Shown: positions 54,549 to 63,590, numbered from the stretch's first letter. The stretch is 64,000 bases of DNA from Promethearchaeota archaeon (GCA_008080735.1 SHMW01000006.1:3215-67214); one strand, 5' to 3'. Program-made: numbers and translations. The notes: generated by a model from the letters alone, not told the origin.

Positions 54549-55418
54549 TCATTCGGGATATTGTTTAAGTACTATCTCTTGGTTGATTATATCAAATGCT
54601 TTATCAATAGTGATTTTACAATCTAATAAGTCGATAATTAATTTTTTTAAGAGATCTATGTTCCGATTTAGAAAAGAAATTTCATTCAATTCTTGTACCA
54701 ATTGTTTTTTAAGTGTTTTATCTGACTTTTTCAATTCAAAGAATTTTTGATAGGTGTCTTTATCAACTTTTACTCCCTTCCTAAGGGCTAATATTAATGC
54801 TGATGCCTCGTGTTTAGACAAACTCTTAAAATTTTTATGCAATTTAAATTTTGAAGATTTTATTTCATTAATCAAATAGATTCTAATATTTTCTTTTTTG
54901 TGAAATATTTGATAAATATTTGTGATGAATTCAAGGATAAAGGGATATGAAACACCTCTACCGATTTTAAATATTAATTTAATTTCATTCATGCTCTCTT
55001 CTTCAATATTAGTAATACATTTTCTAATATCTATGAGCATATCTTGTTTAGTAAAGAATGTTTTGGAATAAAAATACATCCCATCTAAGAAGACAATCAT
55101 TCCAATTGTTTCACCAGGGTCTATTGAAAAAAGAAGTTTTGAGTATTCTTTAAATCCACATTGATAAATTTTAAGAAAATCAAAAAGATATTTTTCAAAA
55201 TTTTCTCCCTCTTTATAGGGAACGAAATTGACCTTTTTTTCGTTGTAATTATTAATATTAAAAACTTCCTTTAAGGTTGTAAGAACAACAGAATTAATAT
55301 TGGGAATTCTCTGTCCTATGTTTAAAACTGTGAAAGGAATTCTCAATCTTTTCAATTCCTTATTTAATTTAAAGAAAAATTTCGAGTTATTTGTTAATAT
55401 AAATACCTTTTTTCTCAA
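54549..55418 (-). CDS. Hypothetical protein, possible RNase H-fold (RuvC/YqgF-like) nuclease
   Basis: 289 aa. LLFSIDPGETIGMIVFLDG (cf. RuvC/YqgF iGIDPG.t.G) and KHEASALILAL (cf. the C-terminal acidic D/E-A-x-A-x-A motif), plus a coiled-coil tail. Weak, motif-level only. Confidence 0.4.
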   Translation of the reverse strand: MRKKVFILTNNSKFFFKLNKELKRLRIPFTVLNIGQRIPNINSVVLTTLKEVFNINNYNEKKVNFVPYKEGENFEKYLFDFLKIYQCGFKEYSKLLFSIDPGETIGMIVFLDGMYFYSKTFFTKQDMLIDIRKCITNIEEESMNEIKLIFKIGRGVSYPFILEFITNIYQIFHKKENIRIYLINEIKSSKFKLHKNFKSLSKHEASALILALRKGVKVDKDTYQKFFELKKSDKTLKKQLVQELNEISFLNRNIDLLKKLIIDLLDCKITIDKAFDIINQEIVLKQYPE

Positions 55419-55584
55419 ATTATGTAAAGGAATGTAATAAAAATTAAAAATTTTTGAGAAAAAATGTTAATCTCTGAATAAGGTTTCCAAAAATCAATAA
55501 AACATGAAATCTGAAATATACTAAAGATTTTTAATTTTTAAAAATAAGTTTTTTATCATAATCTTAAAATTAAATTTAATAATC

Positions 55585-56313
55585 TTGATAAAGATGGTTT
55601 TTTCCTCACATAATAGACTTTACGAGATATTTCGGAAATATCAACCGAAAAACGGGTTATATTCAATATATGGTAATTTCGGTGTAGGAAAAACAACTCT
55701 TGCTTTACAACTTTCTCTTTTTTCTGTTTTAAAAGAAAATGACGTAATTTATTTTTATACAAAACCAAATTTTCCCTATAACAAACTATTTAAGACCACT
55801 CAAACACATGAGATTCTAGATATAAACTTTCTGACTTCCCATCTTAACCTACTGCTTATAAATACCTTTTCTCAACTTTATACATCGATATTAAATTTAG
55901 AATTCATATTTCTAAATAAAAATGAGGGGGATATAATTCCGAAGATGTTAGTTATTGATTCTTTAACGGATTTGTATCGCTTAGAACTTAACAGTAAAGA
56001 TGTGGAAAGAAATGTGCGTCTTAATTACCAATTAAATCAAATCTTAGCTACATTAGTTTATCTAAAGCAGAATTATACTCTCGATATATTAATTATTAAT
56101 GAATCCAGCAAAAAAACAGCAATAGGAGAAATTAAGGAAGTTCAAGCAGGTGGAAGTGTAATGGAATACTGGGTCACAAGGTCTATGAAAATCGAACGGA
56201 CTAACGTGATAAATAAAAGAAAATTAATAATTAAAAAAATTAATGATAAGACACCGATAGAAATCTTTTCAACTTTAACTAATAATGGATTTCAATTAGA
56301 ACCACACACTTGA
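55585..56313 (+). CDS. RecA-superfamily ATPase, RadB/KaiC-like divergent paralog
   Basis: 242 aa (TTG start, ATG at 55594). Walker A YGNFGVGKTTLALQL, Walker B-like MLVIDSLTDLYRLE. No N-terminal HhH domain. Confidence 0.62.
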   Translation: MIKMVFSSHNRLYEIFRKYQPKNGLYSIYGNFGVGKTTLALQLSLFSVLKENDVIYFYTKPNFPYNKLFKTTQTHEILDINFLTSHLNLLLINTFSQLYTSILNLEFIFLNKNEGDIIPKMLVIDSLTDLYRLELNSKDVERNVRLNYQLNQILATLVYLKQNYTLDILIINESSKKTAIGEIKEVQAGGSVMEYWVTRSMKIERTNVINKRKLIIKKINDKTPIEIFSTLTNNGFQLEPHT

Positions 56314-56608
56314 TAATCTCTCTCTTCATTATCTCTAATTTTAATTTAGAAGAGTTAATCATTCTTGTATTAAATGGTTTATTCATTAAAACATCAGCAA
56401 CTTCATCAAGAAACATTCTCGTTATGATTTTGCAGTCCTTATTCAAATCTAGAATCGGTTTTGTAATGAGAATAGACTGTGTGGTGTCATTTAAGGTATT
56501 AATAACCAAATCAACTTTTTCAATTGGTATCTTTCTTAAATTGATGAATTCTTTAGGATCTCTGATATTAACTTGATGATCCTCTTCAATCATCAAATCT
56601 TCAACCAA
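56279..56608 (-). CDS. Hypothetical small protein (faint CheY-receiver-like C-terminal pattern)
   Basis: 109-aa ORF with charged, protein-like composition, unlike the hydrophobic antisense ORF 56310-56576. VADVLMNKPFNTRMI recalls the receiver GADDYL.KPF region. Tail overlaps the radB-like gene by 35 nt. Confidence 0.35.
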   Translation of the reverse strand: MVEDLMIEEDHQVNIRDPKEFINLRKIPIEKVDLVINTLNDTTQSILITKPILDLNKDCKIITRMFLDEVADVLMNKPFNTRMINSSKLKLEIMKREIIKCVVLIEIHY

Positions 56609-56757
56609 TTCCTCATTTTTCTCAATTAAAAAATATTTCGTATCTAAAATTTTTGATTAGAAAATCCGTAATTTTGTAGGCCTTATTTTTTTCCTTACTA
56701 AAATATTTTGAGTTAAGATGAATTAATACTATTATATCACGGAGAGATGTATGATTT

Positions 56758-57771
56758 ATGAAAAAGTCAGTTGTAAACAAGAAAAATCAAGAGGGTCTCA
56801 AATTATCAAAATATTTACAAAAAAACGTCCCAAAATATTTTCCCCGAAGGGGGGAATTGGTGGAATTAATCGAAACCATCGCAGAAGCCACCATCCCTAT
56901 ACGTGGTTTATTAGAACGCGGAATTACTTCACGAGAAATAAATTACAGGATGCATATAACTGAGAGTCAAGAAATCGCAGAAAATATATATGAAGAGGAA
57001 CAAATTCATGAGGATGTTTTAACACATTCTATTATTATGAAAGCAATTCAGGAGGCAGATGTTGAATATGCATACATCGCAAGTGAAGAGGCTGAACCAG
57101 TATTAGGCAATGGAAAATTCGGTATAACAATTGATCCTGTTGACGGATCATCTAATGTCGCTGTTAATAGAACCGTTGGAACTATTGTTGGGATTTATGA
57201 TGAGCAAGAAGGAATAATTTGTGCGTTTTATGTATTATATGGGATATTTACTAACTTAATATTATCAATTAATGGAAAAGTCGCTGAATTTATCTTAGAT
57301 ACAACTCCTTATTCAATGACATTTTATCATTTTATATTTTTGGAAGAAATTGAAATGCCTAACCCAAAGGAGGGAGGTATCCGCTGTTTAGGAGGCGACC
57401 CGAAAGATTGGCCGGAAAAATGTCAAAAATACAAACAGAACTTAATTCGAAAGAATTTTAAAGATAGATATTCTGGGTCTTTTGTTGGAGACTTCCACGC
57501 CGTGATTAAATACGGTGGGATTTATGCTTATTTTCCCTCCCCCAAACCAAAACTGCGTCTTTATTATGAATGGCTTCCTCTAGCATTTATTTGTAAATCT
57601 CTTGGAGGAGAATTTTTGATTATTGGGGTTGAACAAGATCTTGACAAAGTCGAAAAAATTGAAAATGTCTCAACTTTAACTAAAGAAAATGTTGAAAAGA
57701 TCCACTCAAGTATATGTGGTGGACTTATTGGAAGCAAATATGCTGTATTGCTTTACAATCAAATAGAATAG
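56758..57771 (+). CDS. fbp: Fructose-1,6-bisphosphatase, class I
   Basis: 337 aa. ASEEAE, ITIDPVDGSSNVAVNRTVGTIVGIY, YGGIYAYFPSPKPKLRLYYEWLPLAFICKSLGGE are class I FBPase signatures (DPLDGSSN, GGI..YP, KLRLLYE..P.AF..E.AGG). Confidence 0.85.
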   Translation: MKKSVVNKKNQEGLKLSKYLQKNVPKYFPRRGELVELIETIAEATIPIRGLLERGITSREINYRMHITESQEIAENIYEEEQIHEDVLTHSIIMKAIQEADVEYAYIASEEAEPVLGNGKFGITIDPVDGSSNVAVNRTVGTIVGIYDEQEGIICAFYVLYGIFTNLILSINGKVAEFILDTTPYSMTFYHFIFLEEIEMPNPKEGGIRCLGGDPKDWPEKCQKYKQNLIRKNFKDRYSGSFVGDFHAVIKYGGIYAYFPSPKPKLRLYYEWLPLAFICKSLGGEFLIIGVEQDLDKVEKIENVSTLTKENVEKIHSSICGGLIGSKYAVLLYNQIE

Positions 57772-57787
57772 ATATGGTTTTTTAGAG

Positions 57788-59044
57788 ATGAACTCAGAAA
57801 ATTCCATCCTTGATACCGATAAACTTAGCATTTTAGAAGAAGGTCAAGCTAAATTCTATCTCTTTAATAAGGATTTGAGTTCTATTCCCACAAAATCTAT
57901 GGAAGTGTTTTATAATAAGGGGATGGAAATAAATCGAGATATAACATGTTTAGCGGTTGAGACCTACAGTGATTATTATAATAAAAAAAAATTAATTGTT
58001 ATTGATTCCATGGCGGGCTCTGGAATTGGATCGATTAGAATACTGAAAGAATGCAAAAATATTGAGAAAATATATATAAACGATATTAATCCCACGGCAA
58101 AGCAATTGATTATTAAAAATCTCAGATTAAATGGTATGGAAAATAATCGTATCAAAATAAAAGTATCACGAAAAGATGCAAATTACCTTTTAAGTGAAAT
58201 AACCAATAAATATTTAACAAACAACCTTACCGTAGCAAAAAAACCAAATATTATTTCTATTGATCCATTTGGAACCCCAAATCTCTATATTGATACCGCA
58301 TTTAAGGCTATTCAAAAAAAAGGAGGGTTTTTATGCATAACTGCGACCGATACAGCAGTTCTATTTGGGGTCAAACCAAAAGCATGTCTTAGAAAATATA
58401 TGGCAAAACCACTTCATAATGAATTTTGTAAGGAAATAGGTGCTCGAATTTTACTGTATTTTCTCTCACGAATAGCAAATATAAATGGATTAGGAATTAC
58501 TCCGTTGTTGACATTTTATCATCGTCACTTTATCAGGATATTCTTAATAACATTCCCAGAAAAAAAGAAAGTGGCAAATCAAATAGCTTTTTATAAATTT
58601 CTTATTTATTGTAAAAAATGTGGACATAGATTTATCGTACAGAACTCTCCCCTGCAGGATAAATTGAAGTGTAGTCTCTGTGGAGAAAAAACTCATTTGG
58701 ATTATGCTGGCCCTTTATGGACGGGAAAGATTCATGATGAGAATTTTATTAACAAACTAAAAGAATACAATGCAATGAGTGCTCTGAATAATAGAAAGAA
58801 ATTAGCACGCATATTAGAATATTGCGCCCAAGAATTGACCACGCCCATCTCATATTATAATATTCATGAAATCTGTAAAGTGATTAATTCTAATACTATA
58901 CCAAAAATGGAAACCATCATAGAAACGATAAGGAAAGAAGGATACAGGGCTTCTCGAACACATTTTGATTTCACATCAATTAAAACAGACATGGATATTG
59001 ATTCTTTAAAAATTATACTTTTACGACTTGAAAAGGAGGTGTAG
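57788..59044 (+). CDS. trm1: tRNA (guanine26-N2)-dimethyltransferase Trm1
   Basis: 418 aa. VFYNKGMEINRDIT, DSMAGSGIGSIR, ISIDPFGTP, and a C-terminal Zn-ribbon CKKCGH...CSLCG. Confidence 0.9.
   Translation: MNSENSILDTDKLSILEEGQAKFYLFNKDLSSIPTKSMEVFYNKGMEINRDITCLAVETYSDYYNKKKLIVIDSMAGSGIGSIRILKECKNIEKIYINDINPTAKQLIIKNLRLNGMENNRIKIKVSRKDANYLLSEITNKYLTNNLTVAKKPNIISIDPFGTPNLYIDTAFKAIQKKGGFLCITATDTAVLFGVKPKACLRKYMAKPLHNEFCKEIGARILLYFLSRIANINGLGITPLLTFYHRHFIRIFLITFPEKKKVANQIAFYKFLIYCKKCGHRFIVQNSPLQDKLKCSLCGEKTHLDYAGPLWTGKIHDENFINKLKEYNAMSALNNRKKLARILEYCAQELTTPISYYNIHEICKVINSNTIPKMETIIETIRKEGYRASRTHFDFTSIKTDMDIDSLKIILLRLEKEV
59035..59041 (+). promoter_or_regulatory. Shine-Dalgarno GGAGGTG 6 nt upstream of the rlmE ATG (inside the trm1 3' end)
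   Basis: aaaaGGAGGTGtaggttATG read directly. Complementary to the conserved archaeal 16S 3' end (CCUCC). Confidence 0.55.
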
Positions 59045-59047
59045 GTT

Positions 59048-59686
59048 ATGACTTCTGATGAGTCCCATCGACATAAGCGTGATGAACACTATAAAAAAGC
59101 TAAAAAAGAAGGTTATAGAGCTCGTTCGGCATACAAACTCATAGATATTCAGAATAAATTTAATATTTTTAAGCGCGCATTCTATATCTTAGACATCGGA
59201 TCTGCTCCTGGCTCATGGATTCAAGTTGCAAAAAAATATGCTGAAGAAAATACCGAAAAGTATAATGACAGATATTATCATCGAGATGAATTTAAGATCC
59301 TTGGTGTGGATATTAATAGAGTGTCGCCGATTGAGAATGTGGAAACAGTCAAAATGGATGCGACCAAGCCCGAGTTTAAGAAAAAAATTGCATCATATTT
59401 TGACGATAAATTAGACCTTATATTATCAGATGCGTCAATTAATAAATCGGGCAATAAATTCAGTGACCATATCAAACAAATACGCTTATGCTATGATATT
59501 CTTACTCTGGCAAAAGATTTCTTAAAAAATAAAGGAAATTTAGTGATAAAATGCTTCCAAGGGACCGATTTTAAAGAATTATATGATCATTTCAAAAAAG
59601 AGTTTCGGGTTGGAAAAGCCTATAAACCGCAAGCATCTAAAAAGAAAAGTAATGAGATTTATCTTATTGGATTGAATAAGAATTAG
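59048..59686 (+). CDS. rlmE: rRNA (uridine-2'-O)-methyltransferase RlmE/FtsJ family
   Basis: 212 aa. YRARSAYKLIDIQNKFNIF, ILDIGSAPGSWIQV, LILSDAS, and the KxDxK-type catalytic context. Confidence 0.9.
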   Translation: MTSDESHRHKRDEHYKKAKKEGYRARSAYKLIDIQNKFNIFKRAFYILDIGSAPGSWIQVAKKYAEENTEKYNDRYYHRDEFKILGVDINRVSPIENVETVKMDATKPEFKKKIASYFDDKLDLILSDASINKSGNKFSDHIKQIRLCYDILTLAKDFLKNKGNLVIKCFQGTDFKELYDHFKKEFRVGKAYKPQASKKKSNEIYLIGLNKN

Positions 59687-59688
59687 AT

Positions 59689-60315
59689 TTATTGTTCTTC
59701 ATATAATTCTTCTTGATATTCTTCAAAATCGACCGTATATTCTTCTCCTTCTAAAGAAATCTTAATCCAATCACTTAGCCAAGGACAATAATGAGGATTA
59801 TAAACATCTGGATTATCATCTGCGCATTGCTCGGTAAACGGACAAATAAAGCAAGGTTGTCTGTTAAATATATCCCATATCCAATCGGGTCTACTTTTAT
59901 CAACTTTTTTTTCTTGTACTTTAATACCTTCTCTCTCTTCATCTATTTCTTTTATTGCGAAGATATGTTTACTCCAGCTTGCATCCACTAACTCTCTTCT
60001 CACCTTAATCCTCGATTGTAATGCTAAAATATCTACAATCTCATCGAGCTTGTTTCGTTCTATATCAAATCTGCTCACTAAGTCATTAAAAAAAATCTCC
60101 TCTTCCTTATCTATCACATCCAGGACTTGTTTTTCTTGTTTTGTTAAGTTGCGAGTGAGCTCTTTTCTCCGTTCTTCAATCCTTTCCATCCGCCTTTCCG
60201 ACGTACTTTTTTCCTCTTCTTGACTCTCCATCCGCTCCTTAACTTTACATTTATGTCTACTTAGATATACAAACCACTTACCACAATATGGACATTGTTC
60301 CTTCTTTTTACCCAT
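59689..60315 (-). CDS. TFE-beta / RPC34-like protein (winged helix + C-terminal 4-Cys domain) with N-terminal C2HC knuckle
   Basis: 208 aa. CPYCGKWFVYLSRHKC knuckle and an E/R/K coiled-coil. WH-like LTKQEKQVLDVIDKEEEIFFNDLVSRFDIERNKLDEIVDILALQSRI. C-terminal CFICPFTEQCADDNPDVYNPHYCPWLSDW (C-x2-C-x5-C-x12-C...W) resembles the Rpc34/TFE-beta FeS domain. Confidence 0.55.
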   Translation of the reverse strand: MGKKKEQCPYCGKWFVYLSRHKCKVKERMESQEEEKSTSERRMERIEERRKELTRNLTKQEKQVLDVIDKEEEIFFNDLVSRFDIERNKLDEIVDILALQSRIKVRRELVDASWSKHIFAIKEIDEEREGIKVQEKKVDKSRPDWIWDIFNRQPCFICPFTEQCADDNPDVYNPHYCPWLSDWIKISLEGEEYTVDFEEYQEELYEEQ

Positions 60316-60570
60316 CTGAGAATCTCCTTGATATACTTCTTTCAGCTATCATTTTGAAAGGGATATAAATAGAAGATCATTTCCATCTTATCTTTCGGAC
60401 GGTATATTGTTGTTTTCAAAATGATATCTCAAATTTTAATAATAGAACATCTTATTATATATAATTTTAACTTAACGATCGATCAAAAATTAATTTTGTG
60501 TTTTAAAATCTGAGTTGATAATTTAATACAATTTTAAATAATATAGTGAAACTAGTATATTGAGAAAAGG

Positions 60571-61386
60571 ATGGATCTACCAAGAGTATTAGGTATCGAT
60601 AGAAAGCAGATCATAGACCTTAAGAAAAAAAAAGAGAAATATCATAACCGGCAAACTGAAACCAGGATTTCAATTGGTGCAAATAATTTTGATCTCATCT
60701 TAGGAGGGGGTTTGTGTTCTGGGAATGTTTATCTCGTATTTGGTGATCCACGGACAGGAAAAACTCAACTTTGCCACCAAATCTGCCTTCAAGGTTACAA
60801 ATTCTTTTCTGATAAATTCAAACCTTTAGATCAACGCGTCATTTTATATTTTGATACAGAGAATACCTTCCGTCCCGAACGGATAAATCAATTAGCGGAA
60901 TATGCGAAAATTGCTTCTGATCCGCTTTTAAAATGTATAGTTGTGTCAAATTTACTGAGTAATGCTGCTTTGCTAAAATCTTTTGAGAATATTGAAGATT
61001 TGCTGAGAAAGGAACCCATTAGAATATTTCTCATCGATAGTATTAATAATCATTATCGCTCTGAAAAAAGTTCTCACGAATCTACCTTTAATAAGGCTAA
61101 AAATGAATTAATTTCTATATTAGAAGCCATATGCCATATAACTCATAAATATGACTTGATCACTTTGCTCACCGCTCAAGTATCGCCGAATTTTATGGAA
61201 TCTGCCATTATAAAAGAATTGCCCGTTGGCTTGCCTTATCTCAACCATTATTTCTCCGAAGAAATTTATCTTCAACATAAAGAAGGAAAAAAATGTTATG
61301 CACATATAGTAAACTCGCACAAACTCCCAGAGCGTAAACTGCTTTATAAAATTACCAAACAAGGGATTAGAGATTTTAAAATATAA
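60571..61386 (+). CDS. RadA/Rad51-family paralog (core ATPase domain only)
   Basis: 271 aa. FDLILGGGLCSGNVYLVFGDPRTGKTQLCHQI (Walker A), ILYFDTENTFRPERINQLA (Rad51/RadA-typical), IFLIDSINNHYRSE (Walker B). Confidence 0.75.
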   Translation: MDLPRVLGIDRKQIIDLKKKKEKYHNRQTETRISIGANNFDLILGGGLCSGNVYLVFGDPRTGKTQLCHQICLQGYKFFSDKFKPLDQRVILYFDTENTFRPERINQLAEYAKIASDPLLKCIVVSNLLSNAALLKSFENIEDLLRKEPIRIFLIDSINNHYRSEKSSHESTFNKAKNELISILEAICHITHKYDLITLLTAQVSPNFMESAIIKELPVGLPYLNHYFSEEIYLQHKEGKKCYAHIVNSHKLPERKLLYKITKQGIRDFKI

Positions 61387-61390
61387 CGCC

Positions 61391-62296
61391 TTAGTGTGTT
61401 AACTTCTTCATAAACTCTTTAAAAGCGATATATTCACCATGCTTCGTCTCCGCACCCAAGGTGGAATCTACAAAATAAATTTCATTATTAATCTTGTCAA
61501 AAAGAGCATCTAATAATTTTGTTGCATATTGAAGTTTTTTTCGCTTCACCAAACTTGCCTCTTGGTTCTCTGTATAATTCTGTTTTGAATATTTCCCTAT
61601 TTTTCCATTAAAATCCATCCCTATTAGGTAGAGCTTTTGAGTCGGTAAGAGAACCTCTCTGAGGAAATAGAAAATTCTGTCTCCATCCGTGAAGCCTCCT
61701 GGATTTAAGATGGGACCTTTTGGCTTAACTTGGGTGGTACCGATCACATTATCTTTCTGAATAATATCTCCCTGGAACTCATTCAATTTGTTGAGATTAT
61801 CCCCGTGTCCGTGGACGATTACAAAGTCTGCATAATGGAACTCTTTAGACGTAATTCCGTCTAGGTCAGTAAAAACTCCCAACACGGGAATATGATTTTC
61901 TCTTAATAACACCGCTGCCCCATCTGCAGCTAAATGCACTTGCTTCCTAATATACGAATTTCCAATATTATTTCGCATTTTCTCCACAGTACGCTCTAAG
62001 CTTGGTCCACAACCATAAATCAGAATATTGGAAGAACTCTGGATACGTGTGCTAAATTCCTGTAGAGTATCTGTGATATGTAAATCTCTTTTGCGTTTTT
62101 TGAAAAAATTAAGAAGTAAGTCCCGCGCTTCTCTATCCAAATTTATATCAAACCCAAAATCAGCAATGATCCTTTCATACCACGGCTTAAATTCATAATA
62201 TTTATTGATATCAATTATATCCATACTTTTCGCTCTCTGAATGAGGTTAACATCTATCAATCGATTTTGTATTCTTCTCTCTTTTAAAAAAATCAC
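61391..62296 (-). CDS. MptE-like (DUF115) 6-hydroxymethyl-7,8-dihydropterin pyrophosphokinase family
   Basis: 301 aa. LIYGCGPSL, VFTDLDG and VHGHGDN motifs, as in archaeal MptE/DUF115 proteins. Confidence 0.68.
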   Translation of the reverse strand: MIFLKERRIQNRLIDVNLIQRAKSMDIIDINKYYEFKPWYERIIADFGFDINLDREARDLLLNFFKKRKRDLHITDTLQEFSTRIQSSSNILIYGCGPSLERTVEKMRNNIGNSYIRKQVHLAADGAAVLLRENHIPVLGVFTDLDGITSKEFHYADFVIVHGHGDNLNKLNEFQGDIIQKDNVIGTTQVKPKGPILNPGGFTDGDRIFYFLREVLLPTQKLYLIGMDFNGKIGKYSKQNYTENQEASLVKRKKLQYATKLLDALFDKINNEIYFVDSTLGAETKHGEYIAFKEFMKKLTH

Positions 62297-62399
62297 CCAT
62301 CGTGAATTAACCTTTACATTTATATGATTCTCTTACTAATATAATAGATATACAAAATCGTACAATTCCTTTAAAATTATATCTAAATGGTGAATATAG

Positions 62400-62873
62400 A
62401 TGGTTAAATGGCCGAAAGCTTGTATTGGATGTACGGAGTCTGATTCATCGAAATTAAAACATTTCTCATATACTCGTAGGAAAAATCTAATGCAAAATTC
62501 CCAAGATATCGCAGCTAAAAGACAACCTTATTTCTACGTCGACACCTCTGCATATCTATGTAATAAATGTTTGCAAAAAACAAGAAATCGATTTTTACTC
62601 ACATTAATTCTTTCTCTGGCTGGATTCCTTGGAGGCGGATATCTCACATTCGATTTTGATCTTCCCACTGCTGTAAATATAATCGGGTTCTTTGTAATGA
62701 TAATATCAATACCGATTCTGATACTCACTATCGTACTACGACGTCATTTTCCAAATTTCTATTGGAAATTTAAGGTGAAAAATCGAGAAGTACCCATATT
62801 TCAGTTTCAAAATCAAGAATTTGCTCAAATCTTTAAACAAGCAAACCCAAATGAACAAATTAAAGGAGTATAA
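62400..62873 (+). CDS. Hypothetical zinc-ribbon membrane protein
   Basis: 157 aa. CIGC...CNKC pairs followed by two TM helices (LLTLILSLAGFLGGGYL, IIGFFVMIISIPILILTIVL). Confidence 0.45.
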   Translation: MVKWPKACIGCTESDSSKLKHFSYTRRKNLMQNSQDIAAKRQPYFYVDTSAYLCNKCLQKTRNRFLLTLILSLAGFLGGGYLTFDFDLPTAVNIIGFFVMIISIPILILTIVLRRHFPNFYWKFKVKNREVPIFQFQNQEFAQIFKQANPNEQIKGV

Positions 62874-62906
62874 ACTCTATCAAAACCTCCACATATCAGT
62901 CTCTTC

Positions 62907-62916
62907 TTTTTTTTTT
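62907..62916 (+). terminator. Oligo-T tract (T10) downstream of ORF 62400-62873, candidate archaeal terminator
   Basis: ctcttcTTTTTTTTTTgaat read directly. Archaeal RNAP terminates at oligo-T. Confidence 0.35.
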
Positions 62917-63140
62917 GAATGATTATTCGCACCTATGGAGAAACGCTGTACCGTTCGGTTTATCATTTCGAATCAGAAACAGAAGAATAACGATTATCGA
63001 CACACCGATGAAGCAAATAAGGAGTGATTAATTTGGTTTTTATAAATTTTTTCCACAATTTTTATATTTTTTCTAAAATTACTCTGCATTGTCATAAAAT
63101 TGAATTCAATTTTTCAATAACACAAAAAGAGTTGTATTAA

Positions 63141-63560
63141 ATGTCAGAAGTAAAAGACGGACTTTTTTACACCAAGACGCACCAATGGTTTGATCCAAGC
63201 TCAGGAGCAGTTGGCTTAACTGCTTACGCTGCCGAGCAATTAGGTGAGATCTCTTTCGTAGATGTCGATCCTATTGAAGGTTCAGATGTTTCACAACTAG
63301 AAATGGATGGCGATGAACCAGCAAGCGATCCATTAGATGCGACAGTTGAATCCAGCAAAGCTGTTGGAGATATTTATAGTCCGGTTTCTGGAACTGTTTC
63401 CGAAACTAATGGAGATTTATTAGATTATCCTGAAAGAGTAAATGAAGATCCATATGGAGAAGGTTGGCTTTTTAAGGTAGACCCTTCCAATTGGGATGCT
63501 GAAAAGGGTAATTTATTAGACGCTGGAGCCTACAAGGATTATATCGCTGGATTAGAGTAA
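63141..63560 (+). CDS. gcvH: Glycine cleavage system H protein (lipoyl carrier)
   Basis: 139 aa. YTKTHQW, and VESSKAVGDIYSPVSGTV with the lipoyl-lysine in the canonical E-S-x-K-A context. EDPYGEGWLFKV. Confidence 0.9.
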   Translation: MSEVKDGLFYTKTHQWFDPSSGAVGLTAYAAEQLGEISFVDVDPIEGSDVSQLEMDGDEPASDPLDATVESSKAVGDIYSPVSGTVSETNGDLLDYPERVNEDPYGEGWLFKVDPSNWDAEKGNLLDAGAYKDYIAGLE

Positions 63561-63590
63561 ATTTGTTTAGATTTATTAAATATACCTTTC

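Noticed and set aside
56310-56576. 88-aa plus-strand ORF overlapping 56279-56608 (minus)
   Set aside because: Its translation is almost purely hydrophobic and low-complexity (MIISLFIISNFNLEELIILVLNGLF...). The minus-strand product has balanced charged composition, so I kept the minus-strand ORF at low confidence.
173-62728. Short ORFs from the six-frame track that lie antisense or out of frame inside longer, motif-supported genes: 173-691, 1853-2053, 6414-6614, 7158-7511, 8874-9125, 10085-10297, 11990-12295, 12228-12440, 12866-13279, 13367-13552, 14167-14385, 16998-17195, 17655-17843, 18092-18376, 19359-19559, 20043-20231, 20062-20418, 20610-20855, 21303-21491, 23487-23789, 23492-23695, 24219-24542, 25540-25767, 26288-26482, 27502-27774, 28749-28979, 29949-30134, 30553-30861, 32330-32527, 32961-33143, 35423-35653, 36784-36999, 37887-38174, 38736-38942, 39735-39983, 40336-40596, 44350-44625, 48000-48224, 48195-48539, 50241-50444, 50745-50945, 52808-52999, 53918-54211, 54158-54541, 55556-55768, 56751-56963, 59226-59414, 59278-59475, 59791-59991, 61120-61362, 62534-62728
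   Set aside because: Each overlaps a longer ORF that has recognisable family motifs. Their translations have the I/L/F/S/R-rich, low-complexity look of shadow frames in AT-rich DNA, and none shows a motif.
62874-63140. Possible glycine riboswitch or other structured leader upstream of gcvH
   Set aside because: I could not find the conserved glycine-riboswitch core elements or convincing paired stems by eye. The riboswitch class is bacterial. Only a covariance-model scan (Rfam/Infernal) could settle it.
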